Positions 10,314 through 21,330 of a stretch of 64,000 nucleotides of DNA are shown one piece after another. Below the pieces are notes generated by a model that made no database searches, was not told the DNA's origin, and saw nothing but the letters and a program-made list of their open reading frames with translations. A program made the translations under genes and the position numbers. Source of the stretch: Candidatus Latescibacterota bacterium (GTDB lineage Bacteria; Latescibacterota; UBA2968; UBA8231); NCBI GenBank assembly GCA_965223905.1, contig CBDCXV010000001.1, positions 800,001 through 864,000 of the forward strand, written 5' to 3'. Position 1 is the stretch's first letter, and each line of letters starts with the position of its first letter.

Positions 10314-11586
10314 ATGACAAGGAACAGGTTTCGGAAAGCAATGGAGGATGTGCGGGGTATAATCGTGCCATTCCCGCTGAAAGCTATTCTGCTTCTTTGG
10401 ATGGTCTGTGTTAACGGTGCGGCGGCGGATTCCACCGGTGAAATGGAAAATGTTACCGGCCGAGTGATCCTGGAGGCCGGGGAGATCAGCCCTGAAACGG
10501 TGGAAACAGGTGCCTTTGCTGTGGTTATCTACGGGAGGGGAGAACGGGATCCGGTTTCGGGGGAATGGAAACAAATGCATACGGAAAGAGGCTACATTCA
10601 AGCTGTCAATGCCAAAAGTTTGGTCCTTGTCCGCAGAAGTGGTGGGAATCCGAAACAGATTGCGGTGGATCGAATAAAAACCCTGGTCATTGTAGGGTCA
10701 CCCGCCAAGAGGTCGGAGGAACGGGAAAGTACGAGTACGACTAAAGAAATGGGAGGAAGCAAGGCGGAATTACTGGAAGGAGATGTTGCACATACTGAAG
10801 CTGATTCCAATCAGATTTGGATAATTGAGACCAGTGACGGGTCCTCCATTGTAGGGAGCATATTGGAGTTTGGTGATCAGGACATTGTGGTGAGTGCAAC
10901 ATCAGGTTTGATCGAAATCCCGGTTTCAGATATCGTAAAGATGGAAACGATCTCGAAATCCCGGTTTCAGATCTGCCCCCGGGATGAGGGATGGTGAGAT
11001 TTGGTTCAAGAGTCCCAATCCGACCCGTCTCTTTTTTGGACCCACGGCACGCACGCTCAAGCAGGGAGAGGGTTATTTCTCTGATTATTACTTCTTTTTT
11101 CCCGGTCTTACCATGGGATTCACCGATAACTTCACTATGGGGGCCGGTGTCTCTATTTTCCCAAGGGTAGATTTGGAGGATCAGGTGGTTTTTTTCGGAT
11201 CGAAAGCAGGCATTATTCCAGATAGACTTTCCGCTGGCGTGCTTATCCTGCGGGGGTTTTCAAATGATACGACATTGGGAGTTTTGTTTGGTGTAACGAC
11301 TATAGGGCAACCTGATGGCAGCCTGAGCGCAGGACTTGGGTACGGTTTTGTCGACGGAGATTTGGCTGATCGCCCTGCGCTGATGGTTGGGGGAGAGAAA
11401 CGCATGAGTGAACATATCTCTTTGGTTTCTGAAAATTATATCTTACCTGACACGGATCCCCTGGTATCATATGGCATGCGATTCTTTGGCAGGAGATTGA
11501 GCGTCGATCTTGGTTTTTTGAATCAGCTTGGAGACGACGCGCTTGCTCTTGGTGTTCCCTACATTGATTTTGTTTTTGCCTTTTGA
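10314..11586 (+). pseudogene. Putative exported/outer-membrane protein interrupted by a 19-nt duplicated insert
   Basis: ORFs 10314..10997 and 10984..11586 join in frame if 10953-10971 is removed; signal-peptide-like N-terminus; amphipathic beta strands ending YIDFVFAF; lower GC than flanks. Confidence 0.6.
10912..10972. repeat. 20-nt direct repeat tcgaaatcccggtttcagat
   Basis: Exact copies at 10912-10931 and 10953-10972. Confidence 0.9.
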
Positions 11587-11607
11587 TGCCATCCAGTCTC
11601 TGGATAT

Positions 11608-12190
11608 ATGGCCCGGATCCTTGAGTTGCAGCCGACTCATCTGGAACAGGTCCAGTACCTGGTGAACGGCCACCTCGGGGCGGTCGTCCCTGGCTGCACT
11701 TCCTCTCGAGTACATCGCTTTTTCCCTTGTAAGGAACACAAACGAATACGTCACCGATCCCTGGGTCCGGGAGCGCAAATCCCTCGTTGCCCTGAAGGAG
11801 AGCCGCGTGTGCGCGGCAGCCCATCTTCTCCGGTATGGGGACGACTCTCCTGCCGGCGGTGTGGGTGAGATCGATTGGTTTGTCTTTTGGCCGAATGAGA
11901 CCGCAACAGGCGCAGGCGCTGCTGTCTGCGGCGGAGGAGCAGCTCGATGCCTGGGAGTGCAGGGAATTCCGGTTCAACGGGAATCTTCCTGCGCCGCTTG
12001 CCGGCGTCCCCGATTCGTGGCCACACGTGATTGAGCTGATTACAGCCGCGGGATATGCGCCCCGGGACGATCGGGATGAGGCCATGTTCGGAGGGACGTT
12101 TGATCCCGTTTCGCCTCCCGGGAAGCTCCGGTCCGCGACATGAGGATAAAGCGCACGGCCGGCGTATTCGGAATCTGTTTCACAGCCTGC
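11608..12190 (+). pseudogene. Fragmented gene, probably the N-terminal part of a GNAT-family acetyltransferase
   Basis: Protein-like text runs across frameshifts at about 11695, 11905 and 12120: MARILELQPTHLEQVQYLVNGHLGAVVPG / LPLEYIA...VTDPWVRER...RVCAAAHLLRYGDD / ALLSAAEEQLDAW...GVPDSWPHV / EAPVRDMRIKRTAG; family assignment is from recalled similarity. Confidence 0.5.
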
Positions 12191-13147
12191 ATACCCGCCC
12201 TGGCCGTAGCGCCGGACGGGACGGTGCTGGCCTTTTGCGAGGCGCGCCGTCACACCGGGCACGACGACGACGAAATCGACATTCTCCTGCGGCGAAGCAC
12301 TGACGGTGGACGCACCTGGGGTCCCCGGCAACAGGTCGTCGCCGATGGCGACCGCACCTGCGGCAACCCCTGCCCGGTGGTCGACCGCGTCCGCGGCGAG
12401 GTGTTGCTCCCTTTCTGCAAGGACAACCAGCAGGTCTTCCTCACCCGCAGCCGCGACAGCGGGGGTTCCTGGTCCGATCCCGTGGAAATCACAGCCCAGG
12501 TGAAGGCCCCTTCCTGGACCTACCTGGGGTCCGGACCCGGCCACGGCATCCAACTGCGAGGGGGCCGTCTGCTCGTGCCCTCCTGGGTCGACGAGAGCCC
12601 CGGCCCGGCAACCTGGCGCCAACCGCCCCCCATTTGGGGCAAGGTTCAGTCCTCCATCGCTTTTATCAGCGACGACGGCGGGCATACCTGGAAACCGGGC
12701 TCCAAGTTGAGCAACGACGCCTCGGACGAATGCGAGGCGGTGGAAACGGCCGACGGGTCGGTGTACATGACGCTGCGCAGCCGCGGAGACCGCAGGTGCA
12801 GGGGCTGGTCGCGCAGCAGCGACGGGGGCGAGACCTGGTCGGAGGTCGCCTTCGATCCAGCCCTGCCCGAACCATCCTGCCAGGGCAGCGTAGTGGCCCT
12901 CGGAGACGGTCGCCTTCTGCTGGCGCATCCCGGCAGGCCCTACGCGGGCGCCGAGCTGACCCTGCGGCTGAGCCGGGACCAGGGGCGGAGCTGGCCTTCG
13001 GCGGGGGTGCTCGAGCCGGGGGCGGCAGCCTATTCCGATCTGGCGGTGGCTCCGGACGGGCAGGTTCTGTGCCTGTACGAGGCCGGACACTACGGCTGTC
13101 TGCGCCTGGCTTGCTTCGACCCTGCCTGGATTGAGGCGAGTGATTGA
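12140..13147 (+). CDS. Sialidase family (GH33-like, Asp-box beta-propeller) protein with an atypical N-terminus
   Basis: Five Asp-boxes (STDGGRTW, SRDSGGSW, SDDGGHTW, SSDGGETW, SRDQGRSW), GPGHGIQL and AAYSDL; the RIP motif reads CIP. Confidence 0.8.
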   Translation: MRIKRTAGVFGICFTACIPALAVAPDGTVLAFCEARRHTGHDDDEIDILLRRSTDGGRTWGPRQQVVADGDRTCGNPCPVVDRVRGEVLLPFCKDNQQVFLTRSRDSGGSWSDPVEITAQVKAPSWTYLGSGPGHGIQLRGGRLLVPSWVDESPGPATWRQPPPIWGKVQSSIAFISDDGGHTWKPGSKLSNDASDECEAVETADGSVYMTLRSRGDRRCRGWSRSSDGGETWSEVAFDPALPEPSCQGSVVALGDGRLLLAHPGRPYAGAELTLRLSRDQGRSWPSAGVLEPGAAAYSDLAVAPDGQVLCLYEAGHYGCLRLACFDPAWIEASD

Positions 13148-13240
13148 TGGTTGTACGGCGCCGGTCAAGATTCGGAGATTGAATCCGGGACTGTTGCGAA
13201 CAACCGGTGATGGCAGACAAGATGACAGGGAGACTCATTG

Positions 13241-14256
13241 ATGAATGGAAAGAAAAATGATTCCCCCTCGGCGTCTTCAGCGGCATTGGTGCTGCTGCTG
13301 GCGGCGATGGCGACGGCTTCCGAGCCCCGCCGCGGATTCTATTTCGGCACGGACACAGGAGCGTCCATGGCGCCTGGTATCGAATCCACCCGTTCGAACG
13401 TCGGCATTCCGACGAACTGCGATCAGTGGCTGGAGGAGTTCACTTTCGACGATGGAGACACCGTGCCCCTGCCGCTGGAGGACTGCATCCCCAGGGCCTT
13501 GCCGGGAAGCCCGAATCCTTTCGATCTCGGCGGCGGTCTTCTTGCCGGGGCAAAGGTCGGCTATGCCGTGCACAACTTCCGCGTCGAGGCGGAGTTCCTC
13601 CATCGCGAGCAGAGTGGAGACCATTGCCGCTGATCGTGCCCGGAGACGAGAAGCAGCTGGAGTTCGTCGAGCGCAGCGAGAAGATCAGCGACTTCCGCAC
13701 CAACGGGTTCTTCGCAAACCTCCACTATGACTTTAATGGGATGTCCGATAAACTGGTGCCCCACCTTGGCGTCGGCCTGGGCTTTATGCGTACGACAATG
13801 GATTACGCGGCCACGTCCATCAGGACGAACGACAGGGAGGAGCTGATTGGACTGGGGCGGAACCCCGCCGCGGCGGGCACGGCCTCCCTGGCCAACGAGG
13901 TGCTGTCGGACAACCTGCCCGGCTATCAGCTGACCGCAGGTCTGACCTATGCCTTTGGCGAGCGGTTTTTCGCGGGAATCAAACTGCGCTACGGCGGTGC
14001 CCTGGGGGATTTCGAGGCCTGCAGGTCTGACCTATGCGGCTTTGGTGAGCGGTTTTTCGCGGGAATCAAACTGCGCTACGGCGGTGCCCTGGGGGATTTC
14101 GAGGACGGGGACAACCCGTGGAAGCCCTTGCGGGGCCACGCATCGACGGTCGGCCCCCCCGGGGAGCCCGGAGGGGATCTGCCGGTCCGCTACGGGATTA
14201 CCGTCGGCGGGTTGAATTTCTGGGGGGTTTCAGTGGTTCTGAACCACTACCTGTAA
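13241..14256 (+). pseudogene. Outer-membrane beta-barrel (opacity/surface-antigen-like) protein with a frameshift and an internal duplication
   Basis: Signal peptide, GFYFG, FRVEAEF, FANLHYDF and PHLGVGLG strands; adding one T near 13625 gives DHLPLIVPG. Confidence 0.7.
13936..14104. repeat. Imperfect tandem duplication of about 82-84 nt
   Basis: 13936-14017 recurs at 14021-14104 with a 2-nt insertion and one substitution; duplicates FGERFFAGIKLRYGGALGDFE. Confidence 0.9.
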
Positions 14257-14481
14257 CAGCCAGCAAGGCAGGTGGCGGCGGCAGCCGGGTCAGTCGGGTG
14301 TCTTCTGTTTCCCGTCAGTGAGGCCAGGGCTCAAACAGCCCGTTGATTTAGTTGCTAAGGGAACTGCAGCCCGGATGGACTTTGAAAAGGGCTGCATATG
14401 GCCGCCCTTTAAGGGAATGGTGGTCCTGAAAACCCCGGCGCAGGGCCATGTCCCGGCGCATGGTGCTTCCCCGTCGTGCTG

Positions 14482-15231
14482 TCAGGCACTGTCGCGCAGG
14501 TAGCGCGCAACCGCCCCCACCGGCGCCGTCCAGATGGAGTCCCGCCGCTCCCCGAGATAGTCGACCAGGTCCTGATGCACCCCGGGATCGATGTACAGGC
14601 TGTGAGTGCCTTCGCCGACTCCGTGGATCATGTAGATGATCCAGCCGCCTGAAGCGACGGCGGCGTCGATCTCCTGCCGCAGTCGGTCGAAACCGCGGCC
14701 GTCGCCGCTGAAATGCCCCAGGGCGTTGAAGTTGATCGTCGCCGCATCGACGACCCGGTTGTTGCAGGGGCCGCGGCCGGCGACGAACAGTTCATCGATC
14801 AGTGGCTCGAGGCTGTGAAGCGTATCCCCTTCGCCGAGATCGGTGTTGCAGCAGGTGTTTCCGAAGGAACGCTCTTGCCCGCCGTCGAGCGACGACAGGA
14901 TGGCGTTCGCGGCGCGCATTTCGTCGCTCCACCGGCGGGGTGTGTACCTGCGCAGGTCGTACTCGTCGGGGAGCCAGTCGTTGCCCTGGTTCTTTCGGCA
15001 CGGGTGAAAGATGCTGTGGTTGCCGAGCTCGTGGCCCCTGGCGGCGACATCCCGCCAGGCACCGGGGTTGTTGATCAGGTTGGTGATGTGGGTGTAGAAG
15101 GTCGCCCGCAGTCCGTGGGTTTCCCATGCGGGAACGACCGCCTCGTAGTGACAGGGGAGCGCGTCGTCGTAGCTGATGGATACGGCTCCCTGGGCTTCTT
15201 CCGGCCAGGAAAAGGCTGACTGTTCACCCAT
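14482..15231 (-). CDS. Polysaccharide deacetylase (CE4/NodB-like) family protein
   Basis: SISYDDA, GHELGNHSIFHP and WIIYMIHG motifs. Confidence 0.85.
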   Translation of the reverse strand: MGEQSAFSWPEEAQGAVSISYDDALPCHYEAVVPAWETHGLRATFYTHITNLINNPGAWRDVAARGHELGNHSIFHPCRKNQGNDWLPDEYDLRRYTPRRWSDEMRAANAILSSLDGGQERSFGNTCCNTDLGEGDTLHSLEPLIDELFVAGRGPCNNRVVDAATINFNALGHFSGDGRGFDRLRQEIDAAVASGGWIIYMIHGVGEGTHSLYIDPGVHQDLVDYLGERRDSIWTAPVGAVARYLRDSA

Positions 15232-15237
15232 TCGGAA

Positions 15238-17051
15238 CTATTTCCCGCCCAGACGATCCCGCGCGAGGATACCCTCGCCCTGGGCAACGGCGTACCTGAA
15301 ACCGGGGCTCATTCCTTCCCTTATCACCTCTTCGGTCCCGTCGGGCCACCACACCCTCAGGCTGTCGACCGATGCGGCTTCTCCCAGTCCGAAGGTCAGG
15401 ACCAGGCTGCTCTGGCTGAGGTAGGAGGAGCCGGTGCGCACCATCCCCTGCTGCCGCTGCCCCCGGCGGCCAGGGCGACGCGCGCGCCGATGGCCTCGCG
15501 GTTGGGAGGTCGGCCCTGCAGGCGGAGAGCGATCGCCCGGTAGTTGGAGCCTCCCTCGTTGCGCAGCAAACGGACGCCGCCCCCGTTCTCCGTCATCATG
15601 ACGTCCGGTCTGCCGTTGCCGTCGATGTCGCCGATGGCGAGGCCGCGCGCGACCATGGCCTGCTGAAAGATCGCGCCCGACTGCTCCGACACCTCGACCA
15701 GGACCCCCTCGCCGTCGTTCCAGAACAGCTGCGGAGCCTGCGCGTACTCGATCTCCTTCTGCACGGTGTTGATGTCCGGCTCGATGTGGCCGTTGGCGAT
15801 GATGAGATCCTGGAAGCCGTCGAGGTCGTAGTCGAAGAAACGCAGGCCGAAGGTCAGGGTGGGCAGCGTCGGCTGCACCAGGCGACTGCGGCCCGCCACG
15901 TCGAGGAACGCCGAGCTCGTCTGCCGGCGGTAGAGGGACAGGGCCTCGCGGCTGAAGTTGCCGATGCCGATCGTCGCCACGCCGTCGTTGCCCAGCGAGG
16001 CGACGTCGACCCCCATTCCGGCGCGCGCCCGGCCCGATTCGTCGTAGCCGATGCCGACGGCGAGGCCGATCTCCTCGAAACGGCCGCCGATGTTTCTCAG
16101 CAGGAAGTTCGGCTGCGTGTCGTTGGTCACCACGAGGTCGGGAAGGCCGTCCTCCTCGAAGTCGGCCACGGCGACTCCCATCGACTTGGCGTGCGGGAGC
16201 AGCACCCCCGCCTCCGCGGTGATCTCGTCGAAAGCCCCGTCGCCGCGGTTGCGGTAGAGGCGGCAGGTCGAGCCGGGGTACTGCTGCGGCGTCGCGTACG
16301 ACTTGTTCTCGCCGTCGAAGGAGAAGAACAGGTCGGTATCGGGGGACCAGCGCACGTAGTTGGTGACGAACAGGTCGAGCCAGCCGTCGCCGTCGACGTC
16401 CGCCCACACGGCCCCCGTCGACCACTCGGGGTGGCTGCGGCCGGCTTCGTCCTCCCACAGGACTCCCTGCACCCCGGAGGCCGCGGCCCTGTCGGCGAAG
16501 CGGCCGCTACTGTTCTTGAGCAGCAGGTTCGGCCCCAGGGTGGTCAGGTAGATGTCGAGGTCGTCGTCGGCGTCGTAGTCGGCCGCGGCGACCCCCATTC
16601 CGTAGACGGAAAAATCGAGTCCGGCCGCGGCGGTGACTTCGGCGAACGACTCGCTGCCGTCGTTGCGGTAGAGCTCGCTGGTCGGGGAGGCCCCGGCCGC
16701 GGGGGCGCGCCCTTTCCAGTAGGTGCTGTTGACGAGCAGGATGTCGTCGTCGCCGTCGCCGTCGTAGTCGAGGAAGGCGCAGCCGCTGCCCATCGTCTCC
16801 GGCATCCACTTGTCCCCGGCGGCGCCGGTTTCGTGGGCGAACCCGATGCCGGCTTCCGCGGCGATGTCGGTGAAGCGGACGCCGGGCGGCTGCTTCCGCT
16901 CGCCTACGGAGGTGTAGTCGGGCCCCGGAGCGGTCCGGGTGTACGCCGGAGGCGGGGGGGCTTTCTCGACCTTCTCTTCACCGCAGGTTGTCAGCAGGAA
17001 CAGGGCCGCGGCGCCCGCGAGCGCCGGGCGCAGGGTAGGCGGGACGGTCAT
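15238..17051 (-). CDS. CRTAC1 family protein (FG-GAP repeats plus ASPIC/UnbV), probable lipoprotein, one frameshift near the 3' end
   Basis: ETMGSG, repeated DxDxDG motifs, SYLSQS..LTFGLG..V.WPDG C-terminus; frame restored by one extra G in the G5 run (C5 at 15460-15464); LLTTC lipobox-like. Confidence 0.85.
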
Positions 17052-19983
17052 CTCTCCCGGCCCGAAGCGTGAGCCGCAGCCAGCTGGTGAATGTGGATCG
17101 CCTGGACTTCGCGGTTGTCGTCGTCGTGCTGGAGGCGGTAGGCCCGGGTGACGGTCTGGGCCGACTCGTCTATCTGGTGGTACTGGTAGGCCGCTTCCGC
17201 CAGCTGCGCCTCCGCTTCCCGCCCGAGGGCGCGCAGCGACAGCATGCGGTGGTAGTGGGCGACGCGGTCCTCCGGATCGATGGCGAGCACCCGGTCGAGC
17301 GCCTCGAGCGCGGCGTCGAAGCGGCCGTCGAGGTAGAGGACGCGCCCGAGGTTGCGCCAGGAGGCGCGGTCGTCGGGAAAGGAGGCGAGCACGTGGCGAT
17401 AGGCGAGCTCGGCGTCGGCGTAGCGGCCGTTCTTCTGGTGCGCCACTCCCCACACCCAGGCGGTCTGGGGGTCGCCGGACTTCAGCTCCTCGCAGCGCTG
17501 CAGGTGGCGGTAGGCCTTCGTCGAGGTGGCCGTCGCGCAGCGCCGCCTTCGCCATGTTGCGCGGGCCGTCGAGGCGTTGCGGCGCCAGCTCGGCGACGGT
17601 CTCGAAGGCGAGCATGGCGCCCCGGGTGTCCCCCTGCAGCAGCAGGCCGATGCCGTAGTCGTTGAAGCGGACCCAGTCTTCCGGTGACGGCAGAGCCGGA
17701 ACCGGCCGCGTTCCCTTCGGTTGTTACCGCCAGGGCCAGGGTGTCGGCGGCGATTTCGGTCACCGGCAGGTTGGGGACGGCGTCGAACCCGGCGAAACCG
17801 GCGCGGTTGTTGTTGAACGCGAACTCGGTGTAACGGCGGTCGAATTTCCTCCACAGCAGCCGCGCCCGTATGGTGATCCGGGAACCGGACAGGTCCTCGG
17901 GCACCTCGAGCTCGTAGTGGGCGACGTCCGCGGTGCCAGGGCCAATCACCCTGACGTAGACGGGGGCGAAGATGTCCTGGGCGTTGCGCTTGTGGATCGC
18001 CTCGCCGTGGCGGTCGACCAGAAGCGCCTTGTAGAAATGGGCCCCGGGGTCGACGTGCCCGTCCTGCCGCAGGCGGCCGCTGGCGGCCAGCGCGTGCCCC
18101 TCTTCGTCGGCGACGGTCACCTCCAGCCAGCCTTCGTTGGAGTCGTTGGTGCCGCCGGGGAAGGTGTGACCCACTCCCTTGTTGCGGACGACGACGTCGA
18201 ACTGTATCCGCTCACCCGGGGAAACCGCGACCTCCCCGGCCGGCGCGTGGACCTCGCCGCCGTCCTCGCGGCGCACCGCGAACAGGTCGACGCGGAGCTT
18301 CTCGTCCCGCAGGAACTCCTCGATGCGGGCGATGGTCCCGGTGTCTCCGCGCAGGAAGGGGAGGGCGGTGTTGACGGCGAGGAAGCGGTGCGATTTCACC
18401 ATGTCGTCCTTGGCCGCCACGTCGCCGAGAACCGCCTCTTCCAGGGGCATGTGGCAGTCCTGGCAGACCCGCCTGGCCCCCGGCAGGTAGAAGGTGCGCG
18501 CCGCGTTCAGGGACACGCCGCTGTCGTGCCAGTTGTCGTACTCGTCCTGGCCCCGCAGCCAGCGGTAGTTGTTGAGGCGGGTGTCGAGGCTGACCTTGTG
18601 GCAGGTGGCGCAGAACTCCGAGGTGCGGAAGAACGGCTTCAGCATCTGCCGCTTGTGAACCTCGGGGCGGGCTTTCAGCGCGGTGTCGTGCACGAAGTGG
18701 CCGAGGCCGTCCTCCGAGGCGGCGAACAGGTAGGGGTCCTCCTGCTCGTCGGCGATGTTGTAGTTGCCGTTTCCCGTGACCCCGTCTATCTGGTCGATGG
18801 CGTGACAGGCCAGGCAGGTCAGTCCGGCCTGGGCCTGCGGGGTCTCGCGGTCGATCTCCCCGGTCATCTTGCCGGCGAGCATCAGCGCCGGATCGTGGCA
18901 TCCCGAGCACCACTTCGACTTGACCAGGGCCTCCTTGTCTTCGAGGTCCTCGCGCAGGCTTTCGGGAGCCCGTTCCCTGAAATAGGCAATGTGGGCGGCG
19001 ACTTCGGCGTTCCCCCCGGTCGAAACCTCCCTCATGTTTTCGATCGTCGCCTCGTAGAAGGGGTTGTTGAAAGAGGCGAAGCGATGCGCCGATTTCGACC
19101 ACTGCTCGACGATGTCGGCGTGGCAGCCGGCGCACTGGGCGGCACCGATTTGCTCTTCGACGACGAAACCGTGCCTGCGCAGATCGCCCGACAGCTGCTC
19201 GGCGTCCGGAAGGTTGCCGCGCGTGATGATGCGGGACGGAAGGTAGGATCCGGTGGTGGTCGTGGTCGCCGCGGGAAAGAACGGGCTTTCCGCCGGAACG
19301 TAGTTGGCGGGCACGAAAGCGTCCGGGGCGTACTCGGCCACGTCGCGCAGCTTCGATCCGGCGCCGAGATGGGTGCCCTCGGCGAACGCCTTTTCCGCGG
19401 CCTCGGTGTAGGCCTCGCGAACGTAGGTGATTCCGTGGAGGCCGACGGCGACCAGGGCGACCCCGGCGATGGCCGCGGGCACGAGGCGGTAGCTCAGCGG
19501 CGACGGCTTCCAACGCGAGGCGCGCCGGTGCAGGAGGTAGAACAGCGGCAGCAGCGCCGCGGCTCCGACGTGACTCCAGAAAGCCCACCGGTTCTCGCGG
19601 TTGTTGGCGGCGCTCAGGATGAACAGTCCGGTAACCGTCAGGCCGAGTCCCAGGCCGATGGTCACGATGCCGGTGGCGATGGCGCGGCGGCGGCTGCGCC
19701 GCCAGACGACCGGCAGGTGCAGCTCGACGAAGGCGATGGCCAGCACCACCAGCAGCAGGCCGGCGCCGGTGTGGGACAGCACCATCACCTGGTAGAACTT
19801 GGGAAGCGACGTCTCGGTGACGGCGAAGTAGCCGATCTGCAGGCTGTCGGCCAGCCTGTTGACGAGGAGATAGAGGGTGTCGGCGAACATGAAGACGCCG
19901 AGACCCAGAACGACCAGAAGCAGCTTGCGCTGCCGCGGCCCGAGCCGGCTGGAGGACCTTCTTTGTGGACTGGGGTTGCTCAT
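17048..19983 (-). CDS. Membrane-anchored pentaheme cytochrome c with C-terminal TPR repeats (two frameshifts, about 17700 and 17520)
   Basis: About 5 N-terminal TM helices; CAGCH, CSGCH, CLACH, CATCH and CQDCH; RFNDYGIGLL and TPR helices continue in adjacent frames; stop overlaps the CRTAC1 start (ATGA). Confidence 0.8.
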
Positions 19984-20517
19984 GCGAGGGGCTGCAACGG
20001 ACCCGGCGGGGGCCGTAGGAGAGCGGTGGAGCTGCTGGAAGGGGGGCGGTTCCGCCGCTCCTGAAATACTCGTAACTCAAAATAATTCAGATAGTTCGGG
20101 CCGGCAAACCACGCGGGAATGGCTAGCCGCCCCGGGCACTGAGGGAGGGCCCTGGACCGCCTTCGGGAAACCCTTCGCTGCCGGAAACCGCTATCGGAGC
20201 TGCTCGATGGGGTCCTGAAACCCTCGGGGCCGCCCCCGGGCCTTAGGGGTGCAGGACTGACTCTTGAGCAAACCCGTGCGAGGCCGGAACGGACTTCGCG
20301 GTTGCTCCGGGAGCGGGTGAAAACCCGCGTGCGTGCCCGGGGGGAATGTCCCCGCTGGCGAGAGGCCGGGCGCCCGAATCGATCCCGGGAAACATAACGG
20401 CCCAACCGCCGCGGGCAGGCGACAGGATCCGGAGGGGGCGCTTGCAAGCCGGCAGTGGCTTGTCCAGGCCGGGCACCGGGGTTTAGTATTGGCTCCTCTC
20501 CTCGCTGCCGATATTCC

Positions 20518-21330
20518 ATGACAATAACGCAGTCGCTCGTGCTCGGGATCGTTCAGGGATTGACGGAATTCCTGCCGGTCAGCAGCACCGCCCACCTCCT
20601 CATCCTCCCCTACTTTGTGGGATGGCAGGATCCCGGGACCGCGTTTTCCGCGGCCATTCAGCTCGGAACCCTCGCTGCGGTCTTCATCTACTTCGCCGGG
20701 GACATCAAACGCTTGGCGTCCGCCGCCTGGGAGAGCCTGGGACGGCGCGACCTGCGCCACACCCAGGACTCGCTGCTCGCCTGGGCGATCATCCCCGGCA
20801 CCCTGCCGATCGCCGTGTTCGGCCTGGGCTTTCGGGATTTCATCGAAGGTGAGGCGCGCGGAGTGTCGATCGTGGCCTCTGCGCTGATCGGGGGGGCGAT
20901 CCTGCTTCTGGTTGCCGAAAAGGCCGGGAAGCGCGACCGCGGCATGGAATGTCTGGGCTTCTGGCGCATCCAGTTCATCGGGCTCTGCCAGGCCCTGGCC
21001 CTGATCCCCGGAAGCTCCCGTTCGGGAGTGACCATCGCCGGGGGGCTGCTCGCCGGGCTCCGCAGGAAGGAGGCCGCCCGTTTCTCCTTCCTTCTCGGGC
21101 TTCCCGCGATCGCCGCCAGCGGGCTGCTGCAGCTGCTCGAGCTGATGGGCGGGGAGACCGGCGCTCTCCCCGGTCTCGCCGTCGGCATCGCCGCCGCGGG
21201 AATCAGCGGCTACCTGGCGATAGGTTTCCTGCTCCGTTTCCTCGAGCGCCACGGAACCCACGCCTTCGCCTGTTACCGCCTCGCACTGGGGGCTGCGCTC
21301 CTTGTGATGAATTTCGCGTGGCAGGGATGA
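20518..21330 (+). CDS. uppP: Undecaprenyl-diphosphate phosphatase
   Basis: GIVQGLTEFLPVSSTAHL, IQLGT, ALIPGSSRSGVTI and ARFSFLL motifs. Confidence 0.95.
   Translation: MTITQSLVLGIVQGLTEFLPVSSTAHLLILPYFVGWQDPGTAFSAAIQLGTLAAVFIYFAGDIKRLASAAWESLGRRDLRHTQDSLLAWAIIPGTLPIAVFGLGFRDFIEGEARGVSIVASALIGGAILLLVAEKAGKRDRGMECLGFWRIQFIGLCQALALIPGSSRSGVTIAGGLLAGLRRKEAARFSFLLGLPAIAASGLLQLLELMGGETGALPGLAVGIAAAGISGYLAIGFLLRFLERHGTHAFACYRLALGAALLVMNFAWQG

Noticed and set aside
17662-20064. Very long antisense or alternate-frame ORFs (e.g. 17662..20064 +, 26000..28063 +, 36975..39296 -, 45650..48031 +)
   Set aside because: Shadow ORFs of well-supported genes, expected in high-GC DNA; no recognisable motifs
20305-20345. 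GGGAGCGGGTGAAAACCCGC hairpin resembling part of a cobalamin riboswitch
   Set aside because: The other conserved elements (CCGCAACTGT, B12 box) are not found and uppP is not a B12-related gene; an Rfam scan of 19984-20517 would settle it
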